From NCBI GenBank assembly GCA_951406725.2, contig OX597820.1, positions 6,200,001-6,264,000 on the forward strand: DNA of 64,000 nucleotides, in the 5' to 3' direction. The notes beneath the pieces were generated by a model. The model was not told where the DNA came from, made no database searches, and worked only from the letters and a program-made list of their open reading frames with translations. The DNA is from Octopus vulgaris (taxonomy: Eukaryota). Within the stretch, counting starts at the first letter, position 1. Every line of letters starts with the position of its first letter. The position numbers and the translations under genes are program-made. Positions 37,691 to 51,992 of the stretch are shown in pieces.

Positions 37691-38694
37691 CCTCTTTTAG
37701 AATCATCAGGTGCCTGTAGTAAGAAAAAGCCAATGTTCCGACCGGGAAACTTGAAAGTGTACCACATTTACTGTTAGAATATTTGTATCGACTTTCATAA
37801 CTAACACGCTGATATGCACTGACCCATATCGCCTAGGATATGCTTGAATGAATACTTTGTGAGCCCTACTTCTTCTATTCACCTCACATATGTTCTGTGA
37901 AAGTAGGAAACTTATGTTTTTCTATTTGTAGATAATATTGAAGAATAGCTTAACTCAGAAATTTATCACCCTGTAATCACGAGCTTAGAACTACGTCTCC
38001 ATCTCTTAAATACGTTTTGCATAAAAAAGAAGCAAAGTCTTCCAAAATTACGGCCTAAAATATTACACATACATATTTGACTGTCAGATAAGCCTTTCAT
38101 CTATCATGATTAGCTTTCAGAGATCTGTAACCATTTCCTGAAACTCTTAGAGATTGCATACATACATATACACGTATACACACTGATATACGGGTGTACA
38201 CGCAGGGGTACTTACATCCCCACACGCACTCACACACAACACAAACACAAATACATATTTACTACGCTAATGCTTGGCCCCTGCTTTGGCTTATCACCTC
38301 CTTAGCTGCGTTTCTGTTTTTAACGCAGTAGTACCAGCGATTTGAATGGTACTGTCCCGGTGTCGAAACTATAATGATATTCGGTAGGCAGCTGAAGATG
38401 AGATACATTTGATGTACTGGTTTATTTTCGAAAGTTGTTGACTGTAAACCTTTTGATCTTGCATTCTCGTGACTCTAATTTGTCTTCCATTAAGATTCTA
38501 CTTCTTGAAATCTTAGACTTATTTAAAGGGTCTTAATGATTTAGTTTAGGATAGTGGTTTGTGGCAGATATTATACCATACATTGATAGTGCAGGACTGC
38601 CCTTTAAATCCGATAACGGATACACTTGTTTAGGAGTTTGGTTAATGGAAGATCATTTGGTATTTAAATATATTTGTGTGTGTGTGGTGGGGAT

Positions 38695-38998
38695 GAAGGT
38701 GCGTGACTTACTGGTTAGGGTATTCGGCTTACTGTCGTAAGGTCGTGAGTTCGAATCCTGGCGGTGCATTGTGTTTTGAGCAAGACACTTTAGTTTACGT
38801 TACTCCAGTCCACACATCTGGCAAAACTGAGTTGTACCAGCAATTCGAAAGGGGCCAGCCTTGTCACATTCTGTGTCACGCTGAGACTAGCTGAGAACTA
38901 CGTTAAGGGTGCGCGTGTCTGTGGAGTACTCGGCCACTTGCATGTTAATCTCAAGATCGGGTCAACTAAAGCACTCGTTGTTGTAACAGCCGGAGTGC
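38695..38998 (+). mobile_element. SINE family B
   Basis: GAAGGTGCGTGACTTACTGGTTAGGG..GAGTTCGAATCC..CTTGTCACATTCTGTGTCAC..CGGAGTGC. Confidence 0.8.
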
Positions 38999-39108
38999 TA
39001 ATGTGTGCGCGTGTGTATGAGTGTATGTGTGCGTGTGTATGAGTGTGTGTGTGTGTGTGTAGGCACACAATTTGAAACTGAAGTGAAAATGAGTGACAAA
39101 ATACCATA

Positions 39109-39916
39109 GTCGCAGGAGTGGCTGTGTGATAAGTAGCTTGCTTACCAGCCATGGTTCCGGGTTCAGTCCCACTGCGTGGCATCTTGGACAAGTGTCTTCT
39201 GCTATAGCCCCGGGCCGACCAATGCCTTGTGAGTGGATTTGGTAGACGGAAACTGAAAGAAGCCTGTCGTATATATGTATGTATATATCTCTCTCTATAT
39301 AAACGGCAGTTTGTCTGTGCGTTTTCTGTGTGTCTGTTTTCTCGTACCCTCACTCTGACCACGGCTTTCAACCGATTCTGATGAAACTTGACACACACAT
39401 AGCCCAATGTCATAATTCAAAACTAACGCAGCGAAAATTTTGAAAAGTTCCCCCAGTTCTGAAAAAAATCGATAAATTCGACATGGGGTCGAGAATCAGA
39501 AACCCAAACCGCAGACCGTCTAGGGGACGCAACTCCCCCTTTTTTAACTCTCAAAAAAAATTTCCCATAATTTTTTTTCCATTTTTTTGCTATTTTTTGG
39601 CTATAACTCTCTAAAAATGCTTTATAGTTATTTCCCTTACAAACCTGAGCAACGCCGGGCGATACTGCTAGTATATATATAAGTGTGTGTGTATATGTTT
39701 GTGTTTCTGCGTTTGTCCCCCTAGCATTGCTTGACAACCGATGCTGGTGTGTTTACGTACCCGTCACTTAGCGGTTCGGCAAAAGAGACCGATAGAATAA
39801 GTACTGGGCTTACAAAGAATAAGTCCCGGGGTCGATTTTCTCGACTAAAGGCGGTGCTCCAGCATGGCCGCAGTCAAATGACTGAAACAAATAAAAGAGT
39901 AAAGAGTAAAGAGAGT
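39109..39916 (+). mobile_element. SINE family A split by a nested Helitron
   Basis: 39109-39287 and 39672-39916 are near-identical to the two halves of 4370-4785. Confidence 0.9.
39288..39671 (+). mobile_element. Non-autonomous Helitron
   Basis: A|TCTCTCTCTATATAAACGGCAG.. then hairpin CCTGAGCAACGCCGGG (39644-39659), then CGATACTG-CTAG|T. Confidence 0.88.
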
Positions 39917-40510
39917 CGAATACATTTGCGTCAACACTAAACCAAAAAAGAAAAAATTCTCTTGCAAATAGCGAATGCTTTACTCTAAACATTCAGTAAT
40001 TTGTTGTCTCCAAGACAAACTAGAAGTCAGAATTTAGCAGTTCTTAGCTAAATCTCCAAAACCACAGTTCTTGCGAGGATATTATACTCGCTTTATTTCC
40101 ATTCCTTTTATGCTTGTTTGCACTCTATTTGGTACATCTCTTTGTCTTTGGGCTTTTTTTTTTCTCTCTCTTTATCTATTTAAAACTTTGAATCTCTCGC
40201 ATTTGGAGGAAATAAAAAGGAACAAAGAACAATGAAGAAAAAGAAGACAACGACGATGGCGATAATAATGGCGATGATGGTGATATATGGAACCACAGAA
40301 ACAGATGAAAGAACTATTAGGAAGAATTAACAAAACAATAAACACAAAATGTAGGAAAAAAAATCAAAAAATATATCCAAGACTAAACGATTAAATGTCA
40401 AAATAAAAAAAATAAGAACGAAATAAAACTCATAAGAGGTGCATGAATGTATGTATGAAGAATTAAATGTGAGTCTATGTGTGTGTATAAAGATATATAC
40501 ATATATATAT

Positions 40511-40563
<53 letters not shown>

Positions 40564-40754
40564 TATAAATCTGTATGCGTTAGTATGTGAGTGAACGCGT
40601 GCGTGCGTGCGTGTGTGTATGTACATATATACATATATATACATATATACATATATATATATACATATATATACATATATTATACATATATATATATATA
40701 TATAAGGATACATACATATATATATACACGCACATTGATATATGTATATGTATG

Positions 40755-40860
<106 letters not shown>

Positions 40861-42089
40861 TATCTGTATGTGTACGTGAGTGAATGCGTGCTTGCGTGTG
40901 TATGTGTGAGTATGATCTTAAGAAAGAGAGTCATGGATGCTAAAAGGACGGAGAAAAAACGTTATAGACAAGATGAGGACGCGATGGAGGTTGCGGGATG
41001 CGGCGGATTTATATGGTTCTTCGCTACAATGTAATGGCGGCATCATTGATACAAACATTTCGCTGAGAATATTATTGTCGTTAGATGCACTTATACCTAC
41101 GTCTATGTATGTATGTAGTATGTATGTGTGTGTGTGTGTTTGTGTGTGTGTATGAGGGAGGAAGAAGAGAGATATGGCGTGGAAGGAAAAAAGACGACAA
41201 TCCCCATAATGTGTGTATTGGAATCTTTTCTTCCATAATATAAAAACATTTACAACGTTGCAAGAATTACATGTCTCTCGAAACAACAACAAAGGCACTA
41301 ATGACAATAATAATAATAATAATAATAATAATAATCACAAGAAGAATGAGAATAATAATAATAAGAAGAACAACAACAGTAGCATGAACCAAAATGATCA
41401 GCACTACAGACAAAAATAACAACATGACGAACATTGTGAAAAGATCAGATTTTTGTCAAATAAGAAGCATGTAAACTATAAAAGACAGGTAAGGGAAATA
41501 GAGAATGCAATAAAGGTAGAAAAAAAAAATGGAATAAAAAGTGTACAAAATATAAAATAAAACGGTTAGAAATTTGAAGAATTTAAAATGAGAATCTTTT
41601 TTAGCAAAAAAAAAATATATAAGGCAAGAACGTTTAGCAGTTATTTTGTAAAAAATGTATTTCACCTGTCAATATGCCTATAATATTATACAATATAGTA
41701 TAATACGCGTGTGTGTGTGTGTGTATCGGTGGTGCATTAGCTCAATTGTTAGAGTGCAGGATAGAATTGGATCATACAACGGAATGATATTGGCACCGAT
41801 TCTCCGTTCTATTATACATATTTACGTCAGTGTTTCAAATCCTAGTGAGGTAAACTTGTTCCTTCACTCTTTCGGGGCCGATAAAAAAATGTTATCACCA
41901 ACCTGAGGCGCAGTAGATTATCGGAATTAATAAAGGAAAAAAAATTGATTGCCGTGCTCAGTGTGATCCGACTCAGTACATTTTGAGTTCGAATCTAACC
42001 CGAACTGAAAAAAAAAAAACGACCAATCACATACAGCTAGCTGGCATTCAATTGGCGTATCAAGTTTTGATTGGGTTTTGGATAGAAAA

Positions 42090-42292
42090 TTCACAAAAAA
42101 GTCACTTCTATTGATTTTTTAATGGCTTTGCAGGGAGACTGGGGAAATGTAAAGATGTGTACGACCACCCTTGGACGGTTTTGAATGACCATAGAAAGTG
42201 CGAGCCCTCTAACTGAAAAATTGTGGATTTGTATAAAGGACACGCGCACACACACATACAGACAGACATTTTGCCGTTTATATATAGAGAGA
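42090..42292 (-). mobile_element. Helitron-like 5' end; 3' end not identified
   Basis: Minus strand A|TCTCTCTATATATAAACGGCAAAATGTCTGTCTG resembles the 5' end at 39288. Confidence 0.55.
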
Positions 42293-42414
42293 TACATATA
42301 GGTATATACTTATACATGAAAACACACACAGCGTCTCGTACACACAAGCACATGTATCTTCCATTCGATCCAAGGAAGCTGTTTCCATTGTGTTTTAGAA
42401 CTGCTAACATCATG

Positions 42415-42451
<37 letters not shown>

Positions 42452-42452
<1 letters not shown>

Positions 42453-42865
42453 GAAAAGGTTACCAAGATCATATGTCTGAGTGCTCTGATAGCACAATCA
42501 AAGAGATAGCACCCAAGAAATAAGAGCACAACTGAGGGCCGCAAGATCAGCCTCAAAATAATTCAATATAATCGGGAAAGACAAAAGTCTTAACAAGAAC
42601 ATCAGGTTAAAATCTCGTGAAGGCCCTAGTTTGCTCTGTTGCACTGAGTGGATGTGAAAGTGGGACCCTAAGAACAAAAGATTCGGCAAAATTCAAAGCA
42701 TTTAAAACACCAGGCTAGGGAAGAGTAGTGAGGATCAACTGGATTGGCCATTGAACTAATGAGTCTCTACTTTGCGAAATAGAAACAGAAAGAGAATTTT
42801 AGCAACTTTCAGCCAGAAAAGCTGCAGTATTCTGGGTATGGCATCAAGGCCCAGAACCTCAGCAG
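42452..42865 (+). mobile_element. RTE (BovB-like) LINE RT C-terminal relic
   Basis: DSTQEIRAQLRAARSA..KDKSLNKNIRLK/LVKALVCSVALSGCESGTL..KFKAF..RVVRINW..TNESLLCEIETERE..KLQYSG, with stops and frameshifts. Confidence 0.85.
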
Positions 42866-42878
42866 CTAAAATAATATG

Positions 42879-42938
<60 letters not shown>

Positions 42939-44164
42939 ACATGTTTGTGTGTATAATTATGTGTGTATGTGTACATGTGTGTGTACGTATATATAAGAAA
43001 AACATTACTGAGATATGTGCAACGAACAATCGGTTTTCATTTTCTTTAGAATCTTCAGCAAGAATTACATAAACTGGAACAAAATTTTTTTCGAAATTTT
43101 GTATTAAAAAAACGCAGTGAATGTTTGTGACGTGTTTTTCTCTTCTCTGAATAGTGAATAACGTGTAAAACACATCGTTTTAAAGAGAAACCACTTTTAT
43201 AGTATAGAATGTGAATAAAATCGCTTCCATTCCTTGTTGCCACTTATCTATATTTGTCCGAACTTTGGTAACGCATTTCACTAAAAACCTGGATAACGTG
43301 TGAATGGATGGATGGATAATTGATTGTATATTCACACCGTACGTTTAATATATTTGTAAATCACGTAACAAGAAATCTCAACATAGTTAAATAGAAAAAT
43401 AATATATTTGCTTATAGCAAATAATATAAAAACACTGTCTCGCTTTTATTTTTCTCAGAATCTCTGACAACGAGTAAATGGTGACGGTTGTTGGAAGACA
43501 AAATTCTTCAAATTTTAGAATTAGTCTTTGATAATACAAGATAGGATTCTCACCTATGTATATAAATGTAGGGTGGGTCAAACGTAACGAAGTCTCATTG
43601 CATATTGCGATCTTTGGGTATAATATTCTGCATTTTCATAGTTCGACCACCCAGTGTAACAAATTTTCACCCACGACAATCTTCAGTTAAAGCAAAATAA
43701 AATTTGTGAACTGAGGCAATATTTATTATGTTTTTGAAACAAGATGTCTTTAGGAAATGTTATCTCAGCACAAATACTGCAGTAATTGGAATATTGACAA
43801 TGTGTATGCCTTAAGTATGATGCATACATGAATAATTTGATTAGATGCTGTTCGAATTGCATATACCGGATTTTAATGAACTGGGCGGCTATTCGCAACA
43901 TCAGTGATGGTTTTATTCGCTTTGTCTTATATCGAAGACAGCGACTTCTCATCCACGCGCGTGGCAGGCTGCAAGAATATGTCATTGCAAAAGCCCAAAA
44001 AAGCGAAATACATCTTCTGCTCTCGCTGGTCGCTGCTAGAATAAACTTTTGTTTCTCACTGGTATATATTATGATTTTGACACAGTACGTCCTTAAGAGA
44101 TATTACTACAAGAGCCGCAGTAATGGGCTTAACATCTCTGTGTGCATATTTGAAGTATGCTAGT

Positions 44165-44455
44165 GGAGGCGCAATGGCCCAGTGGTTAGGGCAGCGGACT
44201 CGCGGTTGTAGGATCGCGGTTTCGATTCCCAGACCGGGCGTTGTGAGTGTTTATTGAGCGAAAACAGCTAAAGTTCCACGAGGAAGTGGCGATCCCTGCT
44301 GTACTCTTCCGGGCGGCGAGCTGGCAGAATCGTTTGCGCGCTGGGCGAAATAAAGTACCAGTTTCGTACCGGGGTCGATGTAATCAAATTAATTCCTTTG
44401 TCTGTCCTTGTTTGTCCCCTCTATGTTTAGCCCCTTGTGGGTAGTAAAGAAATAT
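44165..44455 (+). mobile_element. SINE family C fused to an internally deleted SINE family D
   Basis: GGAGGCGCAATGGCCCAGTGGTTAGGGCAGCGGACTCGCG..GATCCCTGCTGTACTCTT, then GGCGGCGAGCTGGCAGAA..GTAGTAAAGAAATA. Confidence 0.85.
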
Positions 44456-46322
44456 ATATTAAGTATGGTACACAGATAGCTAACTACTAATTAATTGCTT
44501 TTCAGCGAAAAATCCTATGAAATCCTGAAATCCCGTAGAAAACTAGTTTTCCACCAAGAAGCAAATTTACAACATAACCCAGAAATATCAATAATCAAGA
44601 AGATTTAAGTGATTGATTCTTGCAAGTGGTTACGCAGCTCGCTTCGAAACCAGGTGGTCTAGGATCGATCCTCAGTAAATGAAATTAATACGTAGAGTTG
44701 TAGCTATGCTCGTGTGTAAGTGAATATATAAGCCCGTACGATGCTATACATACATACATATATATACATATACATACACACACACATATATATATATGTG
44801 TGCGTGTATGAATGCATAAAAGTGAGTATATACATATCTGAGTGTAGATGTATGCATGTAGGTATGTATGTATGTGGGAGTATGTGTGTGTGTATGCATG
44901 TGTATATGCAGGTATGTTGGCTTGCATGTGTGTCTATCTATGTGCATCTTTGTATATGTAAGTGTTTGTATAATTATATTGACGTCGAGATTCATTGATG
45001 TTGTACGTGTGTGTGTGTGGGCATGCTGTTGTGTGTGTCCTTGTGCGCATGTACGGTTTCGCGCCGGAAGCAAGTTAGAGAGAACGAGTGAATGAGTGTG
45101 CTATCTAAGGAAGATTAAATAAGATTGAATTGATTTTGCAGTGGATTAAAGACTTCAGAAGTTGGTGCGATATTCGCGAGGAGAAGGATGAGTGAGAGAC
45201 GTTAAAAGGAGCAGAGAGAGAGAGGGGGGGAGGGAGAGAGTGGGAGGGAGAGAGAGCAAAACAGAATGACTGCTAACGTTATTTCAAGAGGGAGCGTGTG
45301 ATACGAACATCCTCCCACCCACATTTCTCACTCCGTTCCTCCGCCTCTCTTGATGTATATGTGCGTGTGCGCGGGCGTGTGTGCGTGTGACTGTATCCTT
45401 GTGTATATGTATGTGTGTATATTCTTACATGTATACAGACATAAACGCATACACATGTATGTACGCACACGCATACACTCACATACGTACGTACGTATAT
45501 ATGCATGTAAGCATAAAATATACTCACATGTAGAAGATTTGAAGGAAATATTTTTCCGTGTGAGCCCTTAGCGGAGTGCTCTATATTGATTAAATTCGAG
45601 TCCTACGCCTTGATATGGTAACATATAAGACAGATCTATCCATAACTCATAAGATAGCGTGTTCATAGAAGATGGTATTCATGGATGTATACCGCAGTAA
45701 ATTTATTTTTCTGTGATGAATCTACATTAAGTATGATAAATAGCTGGTTATTATAATCTAATACAGCTTCTGTTGCATATAAAGAGTCTTTATTCAGCCG
45801 CACGGCTATTAGCAACGTCACTAAAAGGTCACTTACAGTTTTCCTATACCCATTGCTAGCCGTGTGTATGTACAACTGACAACGCTCAATGAAGCTGAAA
45901 TGCGCATCTAACATTCTCATCAGCGACTGCAAGGACGACTTTAGTCTGACTACGATATATATTGTGTTTCTAATCATACCACTTCCATAAAAGATATTAT
46001 CACACTCGAATACCGCAGTAAATTACTTTCCGCGGTGTATTCCATTAAATACGGTACACAGTTGTCTCTCTCTAACTTTCTTTTTTCTCTTTCTTTCTCT
46101 CTCTGCCACTCTCTCTTTATCTTAATCTGTATATATATATATATATATATACACGTACAATGGACAAACGCGCGGGATGGAGAGTCGCTGAAGAGGCTAC
46201 AGGAGGTGTGACAAAAGATTTTCAAACAAAGGCCATAAAATATGAACAATAATAAATCTGAAGTGAAGAACGAATATATAGTGTGTGTGTTTGTTTGGCA
46301 AAAAAACTGGCCATCCCCAAAG

Positions 46323-46372
<50 letters not shown>

Positions 46373-46394
46373 AGGAGAAATCACAAAACAAAAA

Positions 46395-46570
46395 ACAACA
46401 ACAAAAGACGAAGACAGGTGGTGTCGACAACAAACAGATATATTCGTTTAACGCTCGGGAAGTGAAAATGTTTTTAACGTTTCGAGCCTACGCTCTTCCA
46501 CAGAAAGGAGCACAGAAAGAAACAAGGTGAGAAAATAAAGAATGTGTAGTGGCTAGCGATTTATCACGGC
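46395..46570 (-). mobile_element. Repeat family G with a hammerhead-like motif at 46472-46507
   Basis: GACGAAGACAGGTGGTGT..AACGTTTCGAGCCTACGCTCTTCCACAGAAAG..TGTGTAGTGGCT. Confidence 0.7.
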
Positions 46571-46879
46571 GAATGTTTCCTTGTACGTATGTATGTATGT
46601 ATGTATGTATGTATGTATGTATGTATGTATGTATGTATGTATGTATGTATGTATGTATATACACAAGTAGTTGTATAAAGAAAAAACAGGTTGAAAACGT
46701 ATTTGATTTCGGCAATTACTTAACTGGTTTCACAATTTCGTTACATTCAACATTAATGTAAACTGAAAGGACGTGGAATTATGACGCCATTGTCCCCTAA
46801 TTTGATATATTTCTAAAGGCCGAATGTTTACATGAAAAAAAAGTTATATGCTTCACACTCCCCGACGCCAGTGCAATAC

Positions 46880-47160
46880 AGGACGACTTGTATTAGGAAG
46901 AAAGATTATATATCAGTAACGACAAATCCGTAAAGCAATATTATAAGATATTTGGTGATCAAGAAATAAAGGGGGGGGGGCACCATCAAGAGACAATTTT
47001 AGATACGGCCTCAGCATTTAGAAATGTAATGAAGTATATTCTATATTTAATATAAATATCATATTATTCGACACCATAGATCAATTGTAAACTGTAGAAA
47101 GGAACTTATTTCTAATTGCCGACATAGGACAAAATTCATTCTCAGAAACTTCGAAATAGA
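46880..47160 (+). mobile_element. Penelope-like (Naiad-like) endonuclease C-terminal relic
   Basis: IIYQ near 46905, and RKELISNCRHRTKFILRNFE from 47096. Confidence 0.6.
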
Positions 47161-48075
47161 ATATCTTCATGCTTGATGCGATCAAAAACACAGCAATTAT
47201 TCGAAAACTTCACTTTTGTGTTTGGCTTGCAAAACTGACGTGTAAAATGCGAATATGTAAGTTGCATACCGGACGGGTCATTCTGCCAGAAATAATCACT
47301 TGCACTGATTCGATTTCACTTCTTTACTATTAGTCAACAGCTTCACTTTTCAATGAGTTAACGAATACATTGTTTGATTAATCATTCGGTCAGTCAATCA
47401 ATCAGATTTGTAAAAGTCCTTTTGTTACTATTTGTGACCCCATAAATGGCATTCCCTCTCTAAACCAGGTCTGCCTCGGGTCAGTTTCCAGTGAAAATTA
47501 AATCACCATCAGTAATTTCTTGGATTAAATTCTTTGAAATTCTGATTCCATTACGTATAGAGTTTACATTCCTATAACTTAACCGTACAACACCGTGTTT
47601 ATTATTTTCTTGACGAAGACAGAAAGTTTTAATTCTTTGAGCAACACCTCCTGCTCTGAGACCATTAAACACACGATTCATAGCTAAATATTGCTTGATA
47701 TAAGAGATCAAAACGAGACTTATCTTAATTAATACGAGTGAGTTCCCTTGGTCTAATTTATACGGAGATGTATATTAAGAAGGCAGGATTTTAAAACGAG
47801 GCTATTAATAACGCATGAAAGAAAAGCTTTCCCTTGTTATTGTTGTAATAACAATTGTATATTGCGAACGTTATTTCTGGATGGGGAACTGGCGAATCGA
47901 AGAGGTTTTGCGGAAGGAGACGGGAAGGATCCTCTAGCATTGGTCTGGTGGAAAACAATTCAACTAGTCATTTTCTATTTCATTGTCTGGTGTACTTCTG
48001 CTTTCATTCATTAACAAAAAACACTCGCGAGCGAACGTCTGTCTGCCTGTCTGTCTGTCTGTCTCTCTCTCTCTC

Positions 48076-48125
<50 letters not shown>

Positions 48126-48136
48126 TGGAAGACATC

Positions 48137-48259
48137 TATAAATGGCTGAAGATTGCTCAACATTTCAAAAACTGATTTAATACTTACAATGTTTAATAAA
48201 ATGAAGTAGCATGGAACGATCGTAGCAAATTACCGAAGATATACTTGTTGCTCATTTTG

Positions 48260-48265
<6 letters not shown>
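48137..48265 (+). mobile_element. Repeat family F copy with a hammerhead-like motif
   Basis: TGG CTGAAGA TTGCT..AGCAT GGAA CGATCGT A. GAAA is mutated to GGAA. Confidence 0.7.
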
Positions 48266-48313
<48 letters not shown>

Positions 48314-48504
48314 CTTGTAGTTTTTAACAGCTTAAGGAAATGGCAAAATAAATAAACATTTCGTCCAGCAAACCCTGGGCAGCTGTATTTCACGATGTTT
48401 ATGATTTTTATAGTAAGATCTTTACCCTCTCAACTGATCCACTGCTTTTCTATGTGTTGAACACTTGAAACCTTGCCACGCATATTATATGCTTGTTCAA
48501 CTAG

Positions 48505-48561
48505 TATGTATGTATACATACATACGTATATATATATACATACGTATATATATATACATAC

Positions 48562-48601
<40 letters not shown>

Positions 48602-48746
48602 ATGTATATATATATATGTATGTATATATATGTGTATATATATATATATGTATGTATATATATATATATGTATATATATGTATGTATATATATATATATA
48701 TGTATGTATATATATATATGTATGTATATATGTATATATATATGTA

Positions 48747-48787
<41 letters not shown>

Positions 48788-48834
48788 ATATATATATATG
48801 TATATATATGTGTATATATATGTGTATATATATG

Positions 48835-48883
<49 letters not shown>

Positions 48884-49265
48884 AAGTTGATATATATATA
48901 TATATATATTTAGGGGGAGAGGGATAGAAATAAAGAGAGAAAAGGAAAGATTCTTAGAATGGGGGGGGGAGGATATCGCGGTTAGAACGTGTAAGAGGAG
49001 AAACAAAGAATCGGAGCGATATTGCAATTGGAAACAGTGGGACGATGTTGACATGCAATATAAGAAGCGAAGTAATCTGTGAGATATACAGGATATAGAA
49101 ATGCAATGTTTTTATTCTGAGGAATGGATTAAAGGTGATTGCAATGCATTTATAGGAAAAATAAGCATGGCAGATCAGGTTTTATTAAAGTGAAACATTC
49201 CATGTTTTACAGGAAACACATAAAAGTAAAGTTTCATAAATATATGTATATATGTATTTGTGTGT

Positions 49266-49313
<48 letters not shown>

Positions 49314-49617
49314 ATATATATCTATGTGTGTATATATATAAATATATATACATATATATCTATGTATATATATATGTGTGTGTATGTATGTATATATATA
49401 TGTATATATATAACATATATATATATATATATAAATATATATATATATAACATATATATATAAATATATATATATATAACATATATATATAAATATATAT
49501 ATGTGTGTGTGTGTGTATGTATATATATGTATATATATAACATATATATATATATATATAACATATATATAAATATATATGTGTGTGTGTATGTATGTAT
49601 ATATAGGTATATATATA

Positions 49618-49671
<54 letters not shown>

Positions 49672-49674
49672 TAT

Positions 49675-49742
<68 letters not shown>
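48505..49742. repeat. TA/TATG compound microsatellite fields
   Basis: Two long low-complexity blocks. Confidence 0.9.
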
Positions 49743-49745
<3 letters not shown>

Positions 49746-50363
49746 TGTCGTATGGAGCGTTTCGGTTCGTCTTTTTGGAAATGAGATTTTACCTGTATGC
49801 GTGTGTGTGTATTTGTATATGTATGTATGTACGTATATGTTTTGTGTGTGTCTATGTGTGTGTGTGTGCGTATGAGTAAGAAGATACAAGGTGATGGTCG
49901 GTTGGGTTTTGATGGATATTCATACATGTTTAAACAGATAGCTTTTATATACAGATCTGCGACTGTATGTGTTTATGTATGTTTCTGTGTGGAAGTATAT
50001 GTGAGTTTACGCGTGTGCATTCGTGCGTGTTTGTGTTTGTGTGTGTGTGTGTTTGTATGTGTGTATGTGTGTGTGTGTGTGTAACACAGACAGATGTAAT
50101 GTGATGACTACGGATAGCTGAAGTAGACATGAACTGTATCAATATATTTGAAACAATACTCTGCCACGTATATCGAGAACCTTTGCTCTGTTTGTACACT
50201 CGAAGACACTCAGATATACATACACACACACAAGCACACTTGCACACAAATATATCCATATACATATATACACACACACACATCTGTTTTCGTGTTTAAA
50301 TGCTTGTATCACTTACGCAGGCATATCTGTACATATGTTTGTTCAGAAAATGAAAGAAAACTG

Positions 50364-50401
<38 letters not shown>

Positions 50402-50407
50402 TGGAGA

Positions 50408-50443
<36 letters not shown>

Positions 50444-50763
50444 GGCGGGGGAGAAATAGGAACAATAAATTTTTACAAAACAATGAAAAACGAGAAAGAA
50501 GAGAAAAGAGGAGAAGACAACATTTTTTTCCAAAGACAGGCAATAAAATCCTTAGCGAAAAATTGAAGAAAAAGCTAAGAATGTTGTAAGGTAATAAAGT
50601 GATGTAGATAGATACAGGGTAGACATAGAGGAGGATGTAGAATACGAAGAGAAATATGTGTTTTGGAGCCGGTATAAAACTGTACGGGAAATAAGTTGGG
50701 TTGGAAGTGAAACGAAATAACCATTTAAGAATGAGATTAAGAATGTGATAATGGAAGCCGGGA

Positions 50764-50810
<47 letters not shown>

Positions 50811-51644
50811 GGGGAGTTAAAAAGCGATTTAGTAAATTGTAAAAGAAGATATGTGAAGGTAAATTTATATCTGATGATGTAAAATAATTTTGAAGTGGAG
50901 TGATTGGGTGTAGAAGGGGAGAAAGAGAGAGGTAATGGGAGAAAGAGAGTGTGAGAGATATTATAGAGGAATAGAGGGTAGGGACAAGGGAATGAGAGAG
51001 AGAGAGAGAGACTGGGTGGGAGGAGAAGATCATGACATATAAGAGGAGGATGAGAAGGTGTGTATGTGTGAGAGAGAATGATGGAGAGAGAGAGATAGAA
51101 ACTCGAGGGAAGAATGAAAGAGTTAGGGAGAGAAAGAAACAGTGATGGCCAGCACAGTGAGAGAGAGAGGGAGAAAGAGAAGAGAGAGAGAGAGAGATAC
51201 AAGCACAGAGAGAGAGAGAGAGAAAGTGAGAGGGTTGAATGTGTATAGAAGCTGATAATGGTAAAAAGTGACGGGAGAGTAATCAAGGGAGATAAATCAA
51301 TGTAAGTATATAAAAAAAATGGAGAAAACAACGAAGAAAAATCTTAACTCAAATGAATTAAAAAAAACAATTCTGAAAAATATGTGGAATAAAACAAGAA
51401 AAAAAATATAAAGAACAAAATATCGGCGGAAATAGGAGTAAAAAAAAAGTGTGATGGAAGAAAAGAGGAGGAAAAAAAAAGATGTTTATTAGAGAGAAAG
51501 GAGAGGAGGATATGAGGAGAGAAACCGAAATGATTATTGGCAGTAAATAGTTATGTGGAGGAGTACAACATGTGTGTGTGTGTGTATGAGTGTGTGTGCG
51601 TAATTCTTCATGTACGTATGTGTGTCTGTGTATGCACATATAAT

Positions 51645-51900
51645 ATATAATATATACACCATATATAATATATACACTATATAATATATAAATAATATAC
51701 ACACTATATAATATATACATAATATATACACTATATAATATATACATAATATATACACTATATAATATATACATAATATATACACTATATAATATAAGCA
51801 TAATATATACACTATATAATATAAACACAATATATACACTATATAAAATATACATAATATATACACTATATAAAATATACATAATATATACACTATATAA
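51645..51900. repeat. 27-bp minisatellite, about 9 copies
   Basis: Unit ATATATACACTATATAATATATACATA, seen as a repeating MYILYSVYI in the ORF track. Confidence 0.85.
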
Positions 51901-51961
51901 TATTGTTTCTTTCTACCAAATCAAGTCATGTATAAATAGGATGTATACATATGAGCATGTT

Positions 51962-51992
<31 letters not shown>

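Noticed and set aside
44165-44240. tRNA gene candidates (also about 53440-53516, 62120-62192, 28424-28510)
   Set aside because: A/B-box-like heads run directly into SINE bodies, and I could not fold a full cloverleaf.
45837-45926. Possible 90-bp minus-strand exon (CTTGCAG|..|GTAAGT, SLMRMLDAHFSFIERCQLYIHTASNGYRKT), also containing CTGATGA
   Set aside because: The peptide is unrecognisable and could be chance, and the hammerhead reading lacks GAAA. RNA-seq would be needed.
46185-46212. CTGAAGAGGCTACAGG hammerhead-like start
   Set aside because: No stem II partner or GAAA follows.
47481-47711. 76-aa non-repetitive ORF
   Set aside because: No recognisable motif or convincing splice sites.
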